Origin: Sphyrna mokarran
Lineage: Eukaryota
Assembly (NCBI GenBank): GCA_024679065.1
Contig: JAGIQG010000007.1
Location: forward strand, 76,942,001 to 77,006,000
Direction: 5' to 3'
DNA: 64,000 nt
Position numbers and translations under genes: made by a program. Below, in pieces: positions 61,001 to 64,000 of this stretch (position 1 is its first letter; every line of letters starts with the position of its first letter). The notes beneath the pieces are model-generated. The model saw nothing but the letters and a program-made list of their open reading frames with translations, was not told the DNA's origin and searched no databases.

Positions 61001-63494
61001 TATCTCTGCCAGGCATTAATCAACTAAGTCAAAACCAAGACCATTGTTCTAGGGCCTTGCAGCTGGAGGCTAAAATAAAGACAACTAAATTTTTCAGCTG
61101 GAAGTTGACAAGGAAGGAAGGGTATCAGTCTTGTGAATGAGACAGGATCTGTAGTTTATTATTTTTCTCCCATCTTTGGAGGAAAGACTGAGAAGTGGAA
61201 TTTTTAAGACATTAATTGATTTACGGTCTTGAAATAAAGTTCCCTGAGGTTACACATCTGCCTCATTCTATCCCAAATTTCTGTCTGTCTTTCAAAAGAT
61301 TGGGGACTGTGCACGGGAAAGACCTGGTAGTCCAATATAAATCACAGAGGTCTTACTGTTACATTAATTAGGTATTGAATAATATGGGCACAGTCCTAAA
61401 TGTAAGATTCTCAGGCTACTCTTAGGAGGGACTAATACTGCAACACACAAGAGAACATCTGAGTTCAGTCTAAACTTATTGCAGTGGTCTGGGAGCTGGC
61501 CTTTATCCCTGCTTTAAAATGGGGCACAAAAAAACTGTTCAGACACAGCATCAAGAGGATAAGTCAAGCTGAATTGTCCCATCTTGCCCGCAATGGGTTT
61601 GGTGGAGGGTGGGAGTGGAAAACCTTGCAGGAATCAAAAAGTCAAAAGCCTCCCGGTGCACAAATTACTTTGCAATTCTCCCAATGGCAGATTAGTAGTG
61701 GGTTGATCTTCTCACTGGTTCATTGTGCAAATGCCATTGGCATTCATTTGTATCCCATGAATGCTCATGAAGACGGCTGCCTACCAGTATCCTATCAGCT
61801 TTCCCACTTTGCATCACACCTACGTGAAATTATGTGGGGCTAAAATCCATATTCATCATGAGTGGCATACGCAAGATGGCCCTCATTGCAACAAAGCCTT
61901 TCTACCATGGTACTGCACCACTCCTGATGTGCTGTTCACCACTCTACTGGGCAAACTGGTTCCTGCCTTCATCCCATGCTGAGCTTTATGGACAAACCAT
62001 GCTGCTGGCTTCGTGGACCTTCCTGTATCCCCATCTCAGATCAGTATTGCATCTGGGCAGTACAGGGGTCTCCTTTCCCTGCACCCATCACTTCTTCCTC
62101 CTGGTGCGACACACCACTGTCTATCTGGGCAGCATTGCTGCTGGACCCATGGACCCTCCTGTAGAACAAAAGGTGTAATGTGGAAGGGAGTCTGTACCAG
62201 GTAGGCGGGATGGGAGAAAGTTGAGGGCTCACAATGGTAGGCAGAGGGACAAACAATGGAAGGCAGAGAGAAAACTAAGCAGGGGAGGGAATCTGGATCC
62301 CAACAGGTTCACAAAAACAGGATCAATGTTATTTACTGGAAAGACTCCAGATGCAGTGGGTCATGGTCCAAACAAGGCATAGGGCTTCAAAGGTGATGGG
62401 CTCGAAGGGAGGGTAGTTTGAATCAAAAAACAGGCATCCTTTTGAGATTGTTAGCCTTTTTCTTCTGGATTGTTATCACGTTGCATGGTCTGGTGACGAA
62501 CGGTGGGCTAGAGAGATTGGTACAAGTGTAGTGGACTGGTGCTTAAATATAGTGCTGGGATCTTTCATCCTACCAGCTGATAAATAGATGAATCAGCTGC
62601 CAGCCCACCTGCAGGTTCGGAAGGAACGTGCTTGGTCATAATTAATGAGGTTCCAAAAGCAGAATCTGGCATGGGAATGGAGCCACTAGATTAACCCAGC
62701 CGGTACCACATTTGGCCTCAAAATGGAGAGTTCTGCCCATCATTGGAGCACCTCCAGTGACCAGAAGTTCATTTGTTTGTTTTGGGTGAACTAAAATAGA
62801 ACTAAACAATATGAAAAATCTGCCTGCAATTTCAAATGTTGTCTGTTATATTTGCCAATAAGTAGTCATGTGGTCCAAATAGTTACAAAACCCAATTTCG
62901 GATTTATTTGGCAAAAGCGGATTTCGCTCAGATTGAATCAATTTGAAGCTTGGACAACAGACAGTGGCCAGATCTTGCCAGGACAAATTTGCATGTTGAA
63001 ACGCAGGTGATGAGATTCCAAAATAGCCTCAAATAGAGAAAATTAATAAAGGAATGTAAGAAATATTCAGGCCAAACTGCTGTTCACCCAGATGTTACTA
63101 TTTCTCTTCTCATCCATTGCAGTCTACAAACAGGTTAACTCAGAAGTCGCCAAATAGATTGTAATTGGCAAGATTTGGATTTTTTTAAAAAGATTTAAAT
63201 ATTTAATTAGGATTAAATTTATGCATGGAAGTAGAAAGCATTGATTATGTTTAGCGAGTTAGCTATTGGCCATTTACATCACTTATTATTGTATAGTGAA
63301 TGAACTTACTTTCCTGTTGCACTTAGCTGTTTAATCTACCTGCAGCTACACTCTGAAAAAGATGTCTTTAAATAACTTCTCATATATGCCAGTTAAATAT
63401 CTTGCAAGGCAGCTTATCAGCAGTTTCATTGTGACATTAATATGAGAAAATTTAGGATGATAACTTGTTGAGTAACTATCTAATTTTAAATAGT

Positions 63495-63752
63495 TTAAAT
63501 TTATTTATTAATGTCACAAGTAGGCTTACATTAACTCTGCCACACTTCAGCACCTACATTTAGGGAGAATTTAGCATGGCTAATGCACCTAACCAGCACA
63601 TTTTTTGAATTGTGGGAGGAAACCGGAGCACCCAGAGGAAACCCTGCAGAGAGAGGGAGAACATGCAGACTTCACACAAACGGTGACAAAAGTCAGGAAT
63701 CAATCTGAGTCTCCAGCACTGTGAGGCAGCAGTGTTAACCATTGTGCTGTCC
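63495..63752 (-). mobile_element. V-SINE, tail B (internally deleted)
   Basis: TTTATTTATTAATGTCACAAGTAGGCTTACATTAAC...GGGAGGAAACCGGAGCACCCAGAGGAAACCC...GTGAGGCAGCAGTGTTAACCA. Confidence 0.88.
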
Positions 63753-63789
63753 ATATTGATTTATTAATTTTGTCCAGTGAATAGTTGAG

Positions 63790-63960
63790 CCTTACAAACT
63801 CAAAGTCTCAGATCATGCTGGTCTGATTGAACCTAACTGGGGTTTTTTGCCTCAGTAACCCAATGTCTAAGAGGGCCCTGCCTTCAGCATTCACTATCAC
63901 AGCTTTGCAGTGAATGCTTGTAATAGTCAATGAAGACAGGATCAAGTGTGGCTGCAATGT
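63790..63960 (+). mobile_element. Possible LF-SINE-like fragment
   Basis: TTGCCTCAGTAACCC...TGAAGACAGGATCAAGTGTGGCTGCAATG resembles the LF-SINE core (TGGCCTCAGCGCCCC...GAGGACAGGATCGGGCTCGGCTGTGATG) as I recall it. Confidence 0.4.
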
Positions 63961-64000
63961 GGAAGTGGTAGGATAGAAGCCAACACTAACTATAAAGGCT

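Noticed and set aside
61820-62170. Cluster of overlapping ORFs or a possible third Harbinger Myb-like relic
   Set aside because: Only vague resemblance on the minus strand; no motif I can support.

Overview
Eukaryotic (vertebrate) genomic DNA, AT-rich. The repeat content (V-SINE/HE1-type and Deu-domain SINEs, abundant CR1 LINEs) points to a shark or other cartilaginous fish. The only host coding sequence is one 232-bp internal exon of the zinc-finger homeobox gene ZFHX4 (2354-2585, + strand). The rest appears to be intron, with two assembly gaps. It is filled with decayed, often nested transposons (CR1, L2, Crack/Daphne-type and Rex1/Babar LINE fragments, V-SINEs with two different 3' tails, other tRNA-derived SINEs, two PIF/Harbinger relics) separated by repeat-poor islands that may hold conserved enhancers. 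The most striking signal is a family of four short non-coding fold-back insertions (22884-23015, 23484-23737, 29268-29501, 30213-30324). They share a ~30-nt tail, three have 12-14 bp target-site duplications, and three carry a minimal hammerhead-ribozyme motif whose stem II differs in sequence but still base-pairs. The copy at 23484-23706 is a 110-bp-arm hairpin with an intact hammerhead core on both strands. These look like Penelope-like pseudo-LTR-derived mini-elements. Family names come from my recall of consensus sequences, not from database searches, and most TE boundaries are approximate.
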